From Bilabrum cf. latius (taxonomy: Eukaryota), in NCBI GenBank assembly GCA_965178125.1, contig OZ237739.1, forward strand, positions 1,302,001-1,366,000: a DNA stretch of 64,000 nucleotides, read 5' to 3'. Each line of letters starts with the position of its first letter. Position 1 is the stretch's first letter. Positions 62,801 to 64,000 of the stretch are shown here, piece by piece. The position numbers were made by a program, and so were the translations under genes. A model generated the notes under the pieces. It was not told where the DNA came from. It did not search any database and worked only from the letters and a program-made list of their open reading frames with translations.

Positions 62801-64000
62801 AACATGGCCAAGTCGCTCTCGAGCGCGCAAGCCCGCACCACCTCCCGATACCTCTTCTCATCGAACTAGCTGCCAAACAGGATGTTGTCTCGAACAGAGG
62901 CATTGAAGATCCACGCCTCCTGCGCGACGTACGACACGCTGCCGCGAAGGCCCGAGCTCCCGCCCAGCTTCACCATGCGGCCCAGCAGGGCACCCAGCAG
63001 GCTGCTCTTGCCCGAGCCTACCGGCCCAGCAATGCCCACCACGGACCCCTTCGGCACCTCCAGTGACACGTCTCGCAAATGGAAGCCGCCGCCCGCACCG
63101 GTGCCGCTCTTGTCCACTGGCTGTATCACCTTACCACTGGCCGTCTTATCGGGAGCTTCGGTGCTATCGCCACCCTTGGTGGTCTGCTTGCTCTGGCCGC
63201 CTGCCGCCTTACCGCCCCCTCTGCCTGCGTTGGGTCCCGGTGACGGAGCGCCTCTTCTCTGCAGCACCTGCGCAAGCGCTTGTTCCCTGTCCCTGTCTTC
63301 CTGCCGGTACCAGGCAAAGGTGGCGCCATGCAGCCGCACGGCCACGGGTCTGGCCTCCGCATCCGCATCGGCATCCGCTGCACTGGCACTCTTGTCTCCA
63401 GCTGAGGGCGCTGCAAATCGCCCATTGGTTGGGTGTGACCCGTCTCCGTTCAGCTCAGCTACGGCCTCATCGTCCGCATCTGTCGACCCGGGCGCGTCCG
63501 CCAAGGCCACCGCGGTGCTGGAGCTAGCCGATCCGCTATGTGATGGCTTGTTCGCGCTGGGCGAGTTGGTTGGCTCGTCTTCAAGTCGGTCAGGCATGTC
63601 CCCGCGGGAAGCTTCTGGCAGCAGCAAGAAGGCCTGTGCCCTTTCAACGCCCACGATCGCCTCGCTGACGAAGCGCAGGCCCAGGGGTCCAACCGTGACT
63701 GGGAACCGCAGCACGTTGAACAGAGCCAGCACGCTCCACGCGGCATCCGCCCTGAGGGGCTCCCCCAGCACCAGGGAGTGGAAGAGGAACGTGACCAGGC
63801 CAACGATGAGGCTGGAGGTGAAGCCCAAACCGGAAGAACACGCCCGGATCCACGCGGCCGTCCGCAGGTGCGCCACTTCCTCCCCCCTGATGTGCGCCAC
63901 CCTCGCAGCGAAAGGGGCCTCCCAGGCCATCTGCTTGACCAGGCGGATCCCGCGCAGCACCTCGGTCATGAGACGGACCCTCTGGTCGGTCAGACGGACG
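59896..64000 (-). CDS. ABCC/MRP-type ABC transporter, 5'-partial (end of TMD1, NBD1, TMD2, NBD2)
   Basis: GPVGSGKSSLL, YVAQEAWIFNASVRDNILFG, SGGQKARITLARAVY, LLDDPLSAVD, FFDRTPLGRIINRF, GRTGSGKST, WSAGERQLLCLARAIL and IVAHRL. TAGs at 62866, 62410 and 61660. Ends TGA 59898-59896. Confidence 0.93.

Noticed and set aside
2131-64000. Mass pseudogenisation or sequencing errors as the cause of internal stops
   Set aside because: Interruptions are only TAG, with no frameshifts, on both strands and in housekeeping genes. Decay or error would also give TAA, TGA and indels.
1-64000. Suppressor tRNA-Gln(CUA) or eRF1 gene
   Set aside because: I could not recognise either in this window, so the decoding mechanism is not shown here.

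Overview
GC-rich, gene-dense, intron-poor eukaryotic (protist-like) nuclear DNA with about 20 protein-coding genes. No rRNA, tRNA, CRISPR or mobile element is recognisable. The standard-code ORF track is fragmented because the genome appears to use a non-canonical code in which TAG is a sense codon, most likely Gln. By manual count about 100 in-frame TAGs interrupt otherwise continuous genes. Several sit at conserved Gln positions (EttA, SUI1, thioesterase, ABCC) or inside Gln tracts. I found no in-frame TAA inside any exon, and genes end in TGA (18) or TAA (2). Reading TAG as Gln and removing 12 inferred GT-AG introns gives: a Cys-rich protein (partial), an SGNH hydrolase, an LRRC43-like LRR protein, a presequence-bearing EttA, ataxin-2, Timeless/Tof1, DENR, a Tom40-like protein, a 4282-aa LRR+IQ protein, a cryptic small membrane protein, dynactin p62, a thioesterase, a ~2560-aa unknown protein, a disordered unknown protein, an AP2-AP2-RsfS fusion, a p24/GOLD-like protein, HYPK, a tandem paralog pair and a partial ABCC transporter. 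All translations and counts were done by eye and family calls come from remembered motifs, not database searches. The lineage cannot be fixed from this window; a heterotrophic stramenopile-like protist is only a guess.
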